Of a DNA stretch of 64,000 bases, positions 44,058 to 53,190 are shown in pieces; positions within the stretch are counted from its first letter, which is position 1, and every line of letters begins with the position of its first letter. The translations under genes and the position numbers were made by a program. The notes under the pieces are model-generated. The model did not search any database. It was not told where the DNA came from and worked only from the letters and a program-made list of their open reading frames with translations. The stretch is from Dehalococcoidia bacterium (GTDB taxonomy: Bacteria; Chloroflexota; Dehalococcoidia; UBA2979): the NCBI GenBank assembly GCA_965219085.1, contig OZ244720.1, positions 1,376,001 through 1,440,000 of the forward strand, given 5' to 3'.

Positions 44058-45344
44058 ATGCCGTCAGCCGACGCCATCCGCCCCGAGATCAGCACGCTCG
44101 ACAATGGCCTGCGCATCGTCACCACCTCGATCCCGACGGCGCAGTCGGCGAGCACCGCCTTCTTCGTCGGCGTCGGCTCGCGCGGCGAGGACCGCCGCAA
44201 CAACGGCGTCTCCCACTACCTGGAGCACATGCTCTTCAAGGGCACGGAGCACCGCCCCACCGCCCCGGAGATCAGCCAGGCGATCGAGGGCGCCGGCGGC
44301 GCGCTCAACGCCTACACCAGCCGCGAGCTCACCTGCTACTGGAACAACCTCCCGTTCGAGCGCGCCGAGACCGGCATCGAGGTCGTCGCCGACATGCTCC
44401 AGCACTCGCTCCTCGCCGCTGAGGAGATCGACCGCGAGCGCACCGTCGTCCAGCAGGAGATCCGGCGCGGGCACGACACGCCCGCCGCGCGCGCGGGCGA
44501 GCTAATGGTGCAGGCCGTCTACGGCGACCAGCCCATCGGCTGGCCGGTGACCGGCTCGCTCGAAACCGTCGGCGCGCTACAGCGTGAGGACTTCACCACG
44601 CACGTCGAGCGCTTCTACACCGCCAGTAACTCCGTGCTGTCGGTCGCCGGCAACATCGAGCACGCCTGGGTCGTCGACACCGCGGCGCGTCACTTCGAGG
44701 ACCTGCGCGGCGGCGACCCGGACCCGCATGCACCGGCCGTACACGGCCCGCCCGAGGAGCGCGTGATCGTCGAGGAACGCGAGATCGAGCAGACCAACCT
44801 CGCGCTGTCCGTGCAGGCGCTGTCGCGCCGCGACCCGCAACGCTACGCGCTGGAGCTGCTGCACACCGTCCTCGGCCGCGGGATGTCCTCGCGGCTGTTC
44901 AAGGAGGTGCGCGAGCGGCGCGGGCTGGCCTACTCGGTGGGTTCGAGGATCGCGCGCCACCGCGACATCGGCATGTTCTCGGTCACCGCCGGCGTGACCG
45001 CGGACGACCAGGAAGAGGCGCTGGAGGTGATCCTCGGCGAGCTCGGCCGCGCGGCCAGCGAGCCAGTGTCCGACGAGGAGCTGCAACGCGCGCTCGACTT
45101 CGCCACCGGCACGTTCCGGCTGAGCCTGGAGACGCCGATGTCGCTCGGCCAGCGTTTCGGCGAGCAACTGCTGCAAGACGGCGAGCTCGAGTTACCCACG
45201 GACACCGTGGCGCGCATGCAAGCCGTGACCGCCGGCGACGTGCAGGCGGTCGCACAACGCGTCTTCGCCGACCGTGCGTTCGCGCTCGCGGTCGTCGGCC
45301 CGTCGGCGCCCGCCGACCGGCTCGAAGAGCTGCTCGCGGTCTGA
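44058..45344 (+). CDS. M16 family (pitrilysin-like) peptidase
   Basis: HYLEH (HxxEH), NAYTS.E, SSRLFKEVRERRGLAYSV. Confidence 0.95.
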   Translation: MPSADAIRPEISTLDNGLRIVTTSIPTAQSASTAFFVGVGSRGEDRRNNGVSHYLEHMLFKGTEHRPTAPEISQAIEGAGGALNAYTSRELTCYWNNLPFERAETGIEVVADMLQHSLLAAEEIDRERTVVQQEIRRGHDTPAARAGELMVQAVYGDQPIGWPVTGSLETVGALQREDFTTHVERFYTASNSVLSVAGNIEHAWVVDTAARHFEDLRGGDPDPHAPAVHGPPEERVIVEEREIEQTNLALSVQALSRRDPQRYALELLHTVLGRGMSSRLFKEVRERRGLAYSVGSRIARHRDIGMFSVTAGVTADDQEEALEVILGELGRAASEPVSDEELQRALDFATGTFRLSLETPMSLGQRFGEQLLQDGELELPTDTVARMQAVTAGDVQAVAQRVFADRAFALAVVGPSAPADRLEELLAV

Positions 45345-45359
45345 GCGAGCACGCGCACG

Positions 45360-46004
45360 ATGCCCGCACCTCGCACGAACCTCATCCTGCTGCCCGGCAG
45401 CGCAGTCGCCGCGACGCGTGCCGACGCCATGACGGCAGGCGTCGAGAACATCGCCGAGGCGGTCGCGACCGGCGCCGAAGTACACATGCGCGTCGCGAAC
45501 CCCCGCGCGGAGCGGCTCCGCGAGGACCTCGAAGTGGTCGCCGGCGCGGGCTGCGCGGCGGTCCTGCTCGCCGAGACGCTCATCCCGCAGGACCTGCGCG
45601 ACGCCGACGTCGAGTTGCGCCGGCAGGAGCTGCACCACGACCTCGTACCCGGCCAGGTGGGGCTGATCCCGGAGATCGGCAGCGCCGCCGCGCTCGCGCG
45701 GCTGCCGCAACTGCTCGCCGCCGTCGACCGGCTCGTGGGCGTCTGCGTGGACCTCAAGGCGGTCGCGAAGGACCTCGGCGCGCCCGACCCGACGGCCGCG
45801 GCTGTGCAGGAGCCGCTGCTCGCGCAGATCGCCGTGATGGCGACCGCCGCCCGGCTGCCGTGGACCGTCGGGGCGATGGGCTTCACGGCGGGCCAGCGAT
45901 CCGCGCTGGCGAGGCGCGCACGGGCGCTCGGCGCGGCGGGGGTGTACGTGGCAGGTGAGGCCGAGGTCGCGGGAATGAACACGCTCTTCGCCCGCCCCGG
46001 GTAG
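45360..46004 (+). CDS. HpcH/CitE-like aldolase/lyase fold protein (degenerate)
   Basis: RV.N, LIPEIGSA, DL...AKDLG pattern. Confidence 0.55.
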   Translation: MPAPRTNLILLPGSAVAATRADAMTAGVENIAEAVATGAEVHMRVANPRAERLREDLEVVAGAGCAAVLLAETLIPQDLRDADVELRRQELHHDLVPGQVGLIPEIGSAAALARLPQLLAAVDRLVGVCVDLKAVAKDLGAPDPTAAAVQEPLLAQIAVMATAARLPWTVGAMGFTAGQRSALARRARALGAAGVYVAGEAEVAGMNTLFARPG

Positions 46005-46014
46005 CCCTCGACGC

Positions 46015-46521
46015 CTACTCCGGCAGCCGCCCCAACCTCGTCAGCAGCCAGCGAATGTCGCGCACGATGCGGTCGTGGCCCTGCTCGAGCGTGCGGCGCG
46101 CTCGCTCGATGTAGGCGGCGTCGGCCGGGCCGAGCAGCCCGCTGCCGCGCGCCTCGGCGACCTCGTCCTCGTCCTCCCAGCGCGGGACGCCACCCTCGAC
46201 CCAGCAGTCGAGGAGCAGGTCAAGGAAGCGCACCTCGCCGTCGGTGATCTCGATCTCGCGCGCCACGTCGAAGCGCGTGACCACCTCGCGGCCGATGTCG
46301 GGTGAGCCCTCGGTGCGCACCATGTGGTAGCAGACGTACGTGCGGTCGGCCCAGTAACAGCCGTAGGAGTCGACCGGTCCCCAGCGCGACTCCGGCATGC
46401 GGTACAGCACGACAAGGGCGCCGCGCGCGCGGTACACGAGCTCCGTCTCGAAGCGCTCCTCGCGGCCGTCGAGGTGGCGCTTGACCTCGACGACCACCGG
46501 GGCTGCGTCGTCTCGCGTCAC
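46015..46521 (-). CDS. DUF402-like protein
   Basis: FLDLLLD.W...DEDEV motif; GTG overlapping the upstream stop. Confidence 0.75.
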   Translation of the reverse strand: MTRDDAAPVVVEVKRHLDGREERFETELVYRARGALVVLYRMPESRWGPVDSYGCYWADRTYVCYHMVRTEGSPDIGREVVTRFDVAREIEITDGEVRFLDLLLDCWVEGGVPRWEDEDEVAEARGSGLLGPADAAYIERARRTLEQGHDRIVRDIRWLLTRLGRLPE

Positions 46522-47231
46522 TCCAGCACCACAAGCCACGCGATCACGGGCGCCGGGCCCCCATCCGGGGAGGGATCGACGGCGACGGCCACCTCGGCGT
46601 CTCCGATGACCTGCGCCACCTCCGCCAGGTCGTTGGCGCTGGGGCTCAGGCCCGCACCCCAGTATCGCGAGCCGCTTGCGGCGTTGAGCCGCACCTCGCC
46701 ATCAGCGGTCGCGATGCTGATCCAGTGGCGCGCGCTGTCGGCGATCGTGCCGGTGATGACGCGCTGGCCCACCCATCGCACCACGCGCCCTTCGGCGTCG
46801 CCGTGTGCGGTGTGCAGCCCGTCGAACTTGTCCCGGAACACGGCGCGGAAGCCCGGCACGAGGGCCTGTGTGCAGGCCGCGCCCGGCATCGCTACCCCCA
46901 GGCATCCGTCCGACCACACGAGTGCCTCGCTCTCCGCAACATCAAAGTGGGTGACCGACCAGCCGAGCCACCCCGCCATGAGCCCGATCGCGTTGCCGAC
47001 GAGTGCTTCGAGAACCTCGGGAGAGGGTGCACCCTCCGCCGACGGTGCCGGAGTCGCCGTGTCCCCGGCAGGGGCGGCGGACGCATCCGGCGTTGGGGAC
47101 GCCGATACCGTGGGCGTTTCGCCGAGCGGGCTGCGCGGCGGCGGCTCGTCGTTCTGGGTGCAGGCCGCGACGGCCACGATCGCGAGGGCTGCGACAGCAA
47201 GCTGGACGGCTCTGATCATGCGAGCAGGCAT
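46518..47231 (-). CDS. Lipoprotein of unknown function
   Basis: GGGAG RBS; lipobox VAAC; WSDGCLG...CTQALVPG motif. Confidence 0.7.
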   Translation of the reverse strand: MPARMIRAVQLAVAALAIVAVAACTQNDEPPPRSPLGETPTVSASPTPDASAAPAGDTATPAPSAEGAPSPEVLEALVGNAIGLMAGWLGWSVTHFDVAESEALVWSDGCLGVAMPGAACTQALVPGFRAVFRDKFDGLHTAHGDAEGRVVRWVGQRVITGTIADSARHWISIATADGEVRLNAASGSRYWGAGLSPSANDLAEVAQVIGDAEVAVAVDPSPDGGPAPVIAWLVVLE

Positions 47232-47378
47232 CGTGCTCCCCCGGGGCAGCCGAGGCTTCATCGCCCCGGTAACGTCGCGGGAGAACAAGCGCGCGACCTG
47301 CGGTATCATGTCCTGGGCTCCCACGCTCCGAACGTACAGCATGAGCGCCCGCGGGCGCGCGACCCGAGGTGCCTAGAC

Positions 47379-48695
47379 GTGCCTGCCACGGTGATCATCG
47401 GCGGACAGTGGGGCGACGAGGGCAAGGGCCGCGTCGTCGATTTCCTGTCGCGCAGTTGCTCCGTCATCGCCCGCTATTCAGCCGGCAACAACGCGGGTCA
47501 CACGATCGTGAACGACCTCGGGCGCTTCGGTCTGCACCTCGTGCCTGCCGGCATCTTCAACCCGGACACCACCTGCATCGTCGGCAACGGCGTCGTCATC
47601 AACCCGCGCTCGCTGCTCGACGAACTCGCGATGCTCACCGCGCGCGGCGTCGACACCTCGCGCGTGCGCGTCAGCGACCGTGCGCACATCGTCATGCCGT
47701 GGCACCTCGCCATCGACGAGCTCGACGAGAAGATGCGCGGCGAGCACGCCATCGGCACCACCGGCACGGGCACCGGCCCGGCCTTCACCGACAAGACGGG
47801 CCGCCTCGGCGTGCGCATGATCGACCTCGTGCAGCCCGAGTCGCTCGAGGCGCTGCTGAGCTTCGTGCTGCCCTACAAGAACCGCATCATCACCGAGCTG
47901 TACGGCGGCGAGGCGCTCGACCACGAGCAGATCCGCGACGAGTACCGCGACTACGGACGGCAGCTGCGGCCATACGTCGCCGACACCTCGCGGCTCGTGC
48001 AGGACGCGCACGACCGCGGCGAGCAGATCCTGCTCGAGGGCGCGCAGGGCACGCTGCTGGACCTCGACAACGGCACCTACCCCTACGTCACCTCCTCGGT
48101 GCCGTCGTCGATGGCGGCCGGGGCGTGTCTCGGCGTCGGCCTCGGACCGACGGCGGTGGACCGCGTGGTGGGCGTGTACAAGGCGTACCAGACGCGCGTC
48201 GGCGACGGCCCCTTCCCGACCGAGCTGTTCGGCGAGGAGGCGGCCGCGCTGCGCGACCACGGCATCGCCCAGGGCACGGGCGAGTACGGCACCACCACCG
48301 GGCGGCCGCGCCGTTGCGGCTGGTTCGACGGCGTGCTCGCGCGCCAGACGGCGAAGCTCAACGGCGTCAACTCGATCGCTCTCACGCGCCTCGATGTGCT
48401 CGCGCAGTTCGACGCGGTGCACGTCTGCGTGGCCTACGAACTCAACGGCAAGCGCATCGACTCGCTGCCCGCCTCGCTGCGCGAGGCGAACGCCGTCCGC
48501 CCCGTCTACGAGGAGTTGCCGGGCTGGCGCATGGAGGTCTCCGACGTGCGCCACTTCCCCGACCTGCCGCCGGAAGCGCGGGCCTTCGTGCGTCGCATCG
48601 AGGATCTCGTCGACGCACCGGTCGACATGATCTCGGTCGGGCCGGCACGCGAGCAGGCGATCGTGACACGCGACATCTTCGGCGGGCCGCTCTAG
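47379..48695 (+). CDS. purA: Adenylosuccinate synthetase
   Basis: GQWGDEGKG, NAGHT, EGAQG.LLD, GTTTGRPRRCGWFD. Confidence 0.97.
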   Translation: MPATVIIGGQWGDEGKGRVVDFLSRSCSVIARYSAGNNAGHTIVNDLGRFGLHLVPAGIFNPDTTCIVGNGVVINPRSLLDELAMLTARGVDTSRVRVSDRAHIVMPWHLAIDELDEKMRGEHAIGTTGTGTGPAFTDKTGRLGVRMIDLVQPESLEALLSFVLPYKNRIITELYGGEALDHEQIRDEYRDYGRQLRPYVADTSRLVQDAHDRGEQILLEGAQGTLLDLDNGTYPYVTSSVPSSMAAGACLGVGLGPTAVDRVVGVYKAYQTRVGDGPFPTELFGEEAAALRDHGIAQGTGEYGTTTGRPRRCGWFDGVLARQTAKLNGVNSIALTRLDVLAQFDAVHVCVAYELNGKRIDSLPASLREANAVRPVYEELPGWRMEVSDVRHFPDLPPEARAFVRRIEDLVDAPVDMISVGPAREQAIVTRDIFGGPL

Positions 48696-48742
48696 GCCGA
48701 CGCAGGCCGACGCCCGCGGGCACATCGGAACGGGAGCGAGTC

Positions 48743-49264
48743 GTGGAGCATTTACTGCCCGGGCTGCACGTGCTGTTTGCGTCGCTGCTCGTGGGCGGCG
48801 AGGTACTGCTGTTCTTCGCGGTCGTGCCCTCCACCTGGCTGATCGGCGACGAGGGACTGCGCCGCCAGGTCACGCTCGTCGTCGCACGGCGCTTCAGCGG
48901 GATCGTGGGCGTCTCGCTCACGGGGCTGCTGCTGACCGGCCTGGCGATGTTCTACACGGACATCTACGTGCCGCCCGGCATCCGCGAGGACATCATGGAC
49001 TTCCACTTCGGGCGCGTCTTCGTGACGAAGATGACGCTGTTCGTGGTCCTCGTGGCGATGATCGCCATCCACGGCGTGGTCTTCGGGCGTCGCATCGCCC
49101 GCATCTCCGACGCCGTCGAGGCGGGCGAGATGGACGCGGGCGAGCTGGAGCAGGCGCGCCGCAACTCGTTCCTGTTCTCGGCATTCATGGTGCTGGTGGC
49201 GATCGTGCTGCTCTTCCTGGGGGCGGCCCTGGGCGACCACGCCTACTCGCACGACCCGATCTAG
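48743..49264 (+). CDS. CopD-like/DUF2269-like 4-TM membrane protein
   Basis: LHV...LVGG, LLLTG, K..L..., H; GGGAG RBS. Confidence 0.65.
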   Translation: MEHLLPGLHVLFASLLVGGEVLLFFAVVPSTWLIGDEGLRRQVTLVVARRFSGIVGVSLTGLLLTGLAMFYTDIYVPPGIREDIMDFHFGRVFVTKMTLFVVLVAMIAIHGVVFGRRIARISDAVEAGEMDAGELEQARRNSFLFSAFMVLVAIVLLFLGAALGDHAYSHDPI

Positions 49265-49265
49265 C

Positions 49266-49838
49266 GTGCCGGCAGCGATCCCGGCGGACGGACCCGCAGT
49301 TGCGGGTGCGCGCGTGCGCACGCTGCCCGACCTGCTCCGCCCCGGCCTCGACCTCGTCTTCGTGGGCATCAATCCCGGCGAGCGATCGGCGCAACTCGGC
49401 CACTACTACGGACATCGCGGCAACGCCTTCTGGCGCGCGCTCTCGGAGAGCTCGCTCGTCCCGTACGAGGTCGGCCCGCGGGACGACCGCACGCTCCCCG
49501 GCTGCTGGGGCATCGGCTTCACCGACGTGGTGAAGCGCGTCGTGACCGACTCGACGCGCGTGAGCAACGCCGAGCTGCGCGCGTCGGCGCGCGCGTTCGA
49601 GCGACGCATCGCCTACGCCTCGCCGCGTGCGGTGTGCTTCACGACCACGCGCGCGTTCGACGTGCTGTTCCCGCGCGTACGCGCCTCGGGCGCGTGGGGC
49701 CGCCAGCCCGTCTGCGTCGCTGACGCCGACGTGTGGGTGATGCCCTCGACGTCGGGCCGCGCCGCTGGCTACCGCGAGGAGGGACGCCGCGTGCTGGCCG
49801 AGCTGGCGTGCGCCCTCGGACGGAGCGCGCCGCGATGA
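49266..49838 (+). CDS. mug: G/U mismatch-specific DNA glycosylase (MUG/TDG), copy 1
   Basis: FVGINPG, GHYY...GN.FW, GIGFTD, MPSTSG. Confidence 0.9.
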   Translation: MPAAIPADGPAVAGARVRTLPDLLRPGLDLVFVGINPGERSAQLGHYYGHRGNAFWRALSESSLVPYEVGPRDDRTLPGCWGIGFTDVVKRVVTDSTRVSNAELRASARAFERRIAYASPRAVCFTTTRAFDVLFPRVRASGAWGRQPVCVADADVWVMPSTSGRAAGYREEGRRVLAELACALGRSAPR

Positions 49839-49924
49839 CCGTCGAGGGCGGCGAGAGCCGCTACGTCCCCGACGACGACTGCCCGCCAGTACGCTGCCGA
49901 CCATCGAAGGGTAACCCCGAATGA
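49835..49924 (+). pseudogene. 29-aa remnant duplicating the N-terminus of the 50448 gene
   Basis: MTVEGGESRYVPDDDCP versus MTTDSGERRYVPDDECP; ATGA overlaps at both ends. Confidence 0.7.
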
Positions 49925-50451
49925 CAGACATCCAGACGCTGGACGACCTGATGCCCCCCGGCCTTGATCTCGTGTTCGTCGGAATCAACCCACCCGAGTA
50001 CTCTGCCCAGCGCCGCCACTACTACAGCCACCCCACGAACAGATTCTGGCGCTGGCTCTCGGAGAGCACGCTCGTGGACCGCCAGGTCGGCCCGGCTGAC
50101 GACCACGTGCTGCCCGAACGCGACGGCATCGGCTTCACGGACGTGGTGAAGCGGGTCGAGACCGACTCGCGGAACGTCACTCAGGCTGAACTGCGGGCCG
50201 CCGTGCCCGATTTCAAGCAGCGCATTGCGGACGCGTCACCCCGTGCCGTGTGCTTCAACGGGAAGAAGGCGTTCGAGGCGGTGTTCCCCAGAATGTGGAC
50301 GCCCGGCGCCTGGGGCCGCCACGACGTCCCACTCGCGGGCACCATGATCTGGGTGATGCCCTCATCATCGGGCAGCGCGGGTGCTTATCACAAGGCCCCT
50401 CGCGTGTTGCGCGACCTCGCGCACGCCCTCGGACGAGGCCCGAGGCGATGA
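49921..50451 (+). CDS. mug: G/U mismatch-specific DNA glycosylase, copy 2
   Basis: FVGINPP, HYY..PTNRFW, GIGFTD, FNGK, MPSSSG. Confidence 0.88.
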   Translation: MTDIQTLDDLMPPGLDLVFVGINPPEYSAQRRHYYSHPTNRFWRWLSESTLVDRQVGPADDHVLPERDGIGFTDVVKRVETDSRNVTQAELRAAVPDFKQRIADASPRAVCFNGKKAFEAVFPRMWTPGAWGRHDVPLAGTMIWVMPSSSGSAGAYHKAPRVLRDLAHALGRGPRR

Positions 50452-50969
50452 CCACCGACAGCGGCGAACGCCGCTACGTCCCCGACGACGAGTGCCCGCT
50501 GTTCAGCGAGCGGCTCGAGGAGCACCTCGTCGCAGTCACGCGCGGAGAGGCGCCGAACGCCGGCCGATTCTGCGGCCACTGCTACACCCCGCTCGGCGAG
50601 CAGACCGCGGTCTGCCCCCACTGCGCCACGGCGACCTCGGAGCGCCGGGCCGTGCGCCGCATCCCCGAAGTCATCGTCGAGATGCTGCAGGCGCAGCGCA
50701 AGACGGAGAGCCGCATCGTCAACGGGTTCGCGTACCTCGGCCTCACGCTCGCGGTGGTGGGCGGCCTCGTGCTGGTCCTCGGCGTGCCCTACCTGCGCAG
50801 CCACCTCATCTGGGCCACGATCGTCTACGCGGCCGTGCTCATCGTGGGCGGACGCGTGCTGGCGGGCGTCCTCGGCGGCTACTACGGCGACCGCATCGCG
50901 TACGAGCGTGCGCGAGGGCGGCTGCGTGAGGAGTGGGCGGAGTGGGTGGCGGAGCGGGACGAGGGGTGA
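50448..50969 (+). CDS. Zinc-ribbon + 2-TM hypothetical protein
   Basis: CGHC...CPHC followed by two hydrophobic segments. Confidence 0.75.
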   Translation: MTTDSGERRYVPDDECPLFSERLEEHLVAVTRGEAPNAGRFCGHCYTPLGEQTAVCPHCATATSERRAVRRIPEVIVEMLQAQRKTESRIVNGFAYLGLTLAVVGGLVLVLGVPYLRSHLIWATIVYAAVLIVGGRVLAGVLGGYYGDRIAYERARGRLREEWAEWVAERDEG

Positions 50970-51218
50970 GGTCAGATCGAGTGCGTCTCACCTGGACGCC
51001 CACCTGCGCGTTTGCGTGATCGCGGCGTGGGGTATGCTGGTAGGTGGCGGGACGAGAGGACGTGAAAAGAGGCCCGGAGGCCTCTTCGAGCCGACCAACT
51101 GCTGCCACAGTTTCCGGTCGGCATTCCCAGCGCGTTCAGTTCAAGCCGTACCTAGCGCATGGCTTGTTGTGGTGCGCGTCCAGCGCCCGCCTCAAGCTCA
51201 GCCGGAGGGGGCGCTCCC

Positions 51219-51767
51219 GTGGCCAACCGCTTCAGGCGCGACAAGTTCGCCGAACTCATACTCTTCATCGCCAAAGAGTCAGCAGATGACCTCAGGTTCG
51301 GAGAGGTCAAGCTGCATAAGCTATTATACTTTTCAGACTTCCGCGCTTACGCTCGCTGGGGGGAGTCCATTACCGGGGCTCGCTACATGAAGAACCGGTA
51401 CGGACCGACCGCGCGGGTACTCGTGCATGTTCTCGATGAGCTCGAGGACGAGGGACGTGCTAGCGTCGAGGAAGCTACCTACTACGGTCACCCTCAGAGG
51501 CGCGTTGTACCCAAAGACGAACCTCGCAAGAGCCTGTTCTCTGGGGATGAGCTTGAGCTCGTTCGTAACGTTATCAGCGAGTTTCGCGATGAGGATGCGG
51601 CCGCGATTAGCGACATCTCGCACGATGTCCCTGGATGGCGGCTCGCGCGCGAGTTTGAGGACATCCCTTACTTCACGGTGCTAATCGACCCCGAAGAACC
51701 GCCGTCGGAAATCAAACGGGAAGCTGCAGAGCTGGCAAAGCGCTATGGTTGGGTACCGCGGACGTAA
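51219..51767 (+). CDS. Panacea (SocA/DUF4065) domain antitoxin
   Basis: KLHKLLYFSDF, SITG..Y....YGP, ISDISH..PGW; GGAGG RBS. Confidence 0.88.
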   Translation: MANRFRRDKFAELILFIAKESADDLRFGEVKLHKLLYFSDFRAYARWGESITGARYMKNRYGPTARVLVHVLDELEDEGRASVEEATYYGHPQRRVVPKDEPRKSLFSGDELELVRNVISEFRDEDAAAISDISHDVPGWRLAREFEDIPYFTVLIDPEEPPSEIKREAAELAKRYGWVPRT

Positions 51768-52041
51768 CGATGATCCCCCGCCGTGGCACCTCGTTGAGAG
51801 CAGCTTCTTCTGGTACCTCGTTGAACGGGAAGGGATCGACGCGCGCGAGCTCGATGAAGCGATTGACGCCATCAAGTGGACGATCGCGCGCGACCCGACC
51901 TTCTACCCGCCGTCTGACGACGAACGGGTCAGAATCGCCCACATTCGGGCTCGCGGCTCGATCCCCGCAGGCTACGTCTACTACACAGTCCACTACGACG
52001 AGCAGACGTGCGTGCTCCAGTGGTTCCGGCTGTTCCCCTGA
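51745..52041 (+). CDS. Small putative toxin (RelE/ParE-like)
   Basis: 98 aa, overlaps the Panacea gene; helix-IARDP then strands 'YVYYTV...CVL' resembling RelE topology. Confidence 0.55.
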   Translation: MVGYRGRNDDPPPWHLVESSFFWYLVEREGIDARELDEAIDAIKWTIARDPTFYPPSDDERVRIAHIRARGSIPAGYVYYTVHYDEQTCVLQWFRLFP

Positions 52042-52046
52042 GCTAG

Positions 52047-52197
52047 CAGGCTGCTGAAAAAGTCTTCCCGGGCGGTCTCGGCCCTGAATCGGCTGATTGC
52101 GGCTCACGCGAAACCCTTTGTTTTCAAGGGGTTCTTGTAGCTCCGCAGCGCTCCAAGCGCTCCGTTTCCGCGCCTTCAGGGGTTTTTCAGCACCTTG
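52047..52197. mobile_element. MITE / internally deleted IS (151 bp)
   Basis: TIRs CAGGCTGCTGAAAAA / TTTTTCAGCACCTTG flanked by CTAG direct repeats (52043-52046, 52198-52201); no transposase. Confidence 0.85.
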
Positions 52198-52238
52198 CTA
52201 GGTGTAGCGCCAAGTAACGGTTGCAGGCGCCGAGTCGG

Positions 52239-53138
52239 CTAGACCGCCACCGTCACGTCGATCTGGTGCTTCGCCAGCTCCTCGCGGATCGCCGCCTGCG
52301 AAGCCTCCGAGGGCGGGATCAGCGGCAGCCGCAGCGTGCCGGCGCGCACGCCCACCTCGTTCAGCGCGAACTTCACCGGGATCGGGTTCGACTCGATGAA
52401 CAGCGCGTCGACGAGCGGGAGCAGCCGCTCGTGGATCGCCTGCGCCTCGTCCAGGCGCCCCTCGGCGGCCCCGTACACCATCTCTCGGATCTGGCGGGCG
52501 ACGAGGTGTCCCGCGACGGAGATCACGCCGTAGCCGCCCATCTCGACCATCTGCTTCGTGTCGCCGTCGTTGCCCGACCACATGAGGAAGCCCTCGGGCG
52601 CGCCGTTGAGGATCGCCTCGATCTGCGCGAAGTCCCCACTCGCCTCCTTGATACCGATGATGTTCGGCGCCTCGGCCAGCCGCAGCGTCGTCTCCGCGGC
52701 CATGTTGAGCGAGGTGCGCGACGGCACGTTGTAGAGGATGCACGGCAGCGGGGTCGCCTCGGCCAGCGTCGTGAAGTGGCGGACGAGGCCTTCCTGCGGC
52801 GGCTTGTTGTAGTACGGCACGGTCAGCATCACCGCGTCCATGCCTGCCTCGACGCAGGCCCGGACCAGCGGCAGCGACTCGTTGGTGGCGTTCGTCGACG
52901 CGCCGCCCACAAGCGGCACGTCGGGGCCGACCGCCTCGCGCACGGCGCGCCAGACGGCGATCTGCTCCTCGTTCGTCAGCGAGGGCGCCTCGCCGGTCGT
53001 GCCGGTGACGACGAGCCCGTCGTTGCCGGAGGCGATGAGCGCACGCGCGAGCTCGCCCACGGCCGGGTAGTCGACGGCGCCATCGGCGTCGAAGGGTGTG
53101 ACCATGGCTGTGAGCACGCGACCGATCTCGTTGGTCAT
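52239..53138 (-). CDS. dapA: 4-hydroxy-tetrahydrodipicolinate synthase
   Basis: GTTGE, PYYNKP, LYNVPSRT, GIKEASG, SNPIPVK. Confidence 0.96.
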   Translation of the reverse strand: MTNEIGRVLTAMVTPFDADGAVDYPAVGELARALIASGNDGLVVTGTTGEAPSLTNEEQIAVWRAVREAVGPDVPLVGGASTNATNESLPLVRACVEAGMDAVMLTVPYYNKPPQEGLVRHFTTLAEATPLPCILYNVPSRTSLNMAAETTLRLAEAPNIIGIKEASGDFAQIEAILNGAPEGFLMWSGNDGDTKQMVEMGGYGVISVAGHLVARQIREMVYGAAEGRLDEAQAIHERLLPLVDALFIESNPIPVKFALNEVGVRAGTLRLPLIPPSEASQAAIREELAKHQIDVTVAV

Positions 53139-53190
53139 GGGGGCGTCTCCCGTCGCGGCGCGCCGGGTCTGTTGCGACGGCGCGCGGTCC

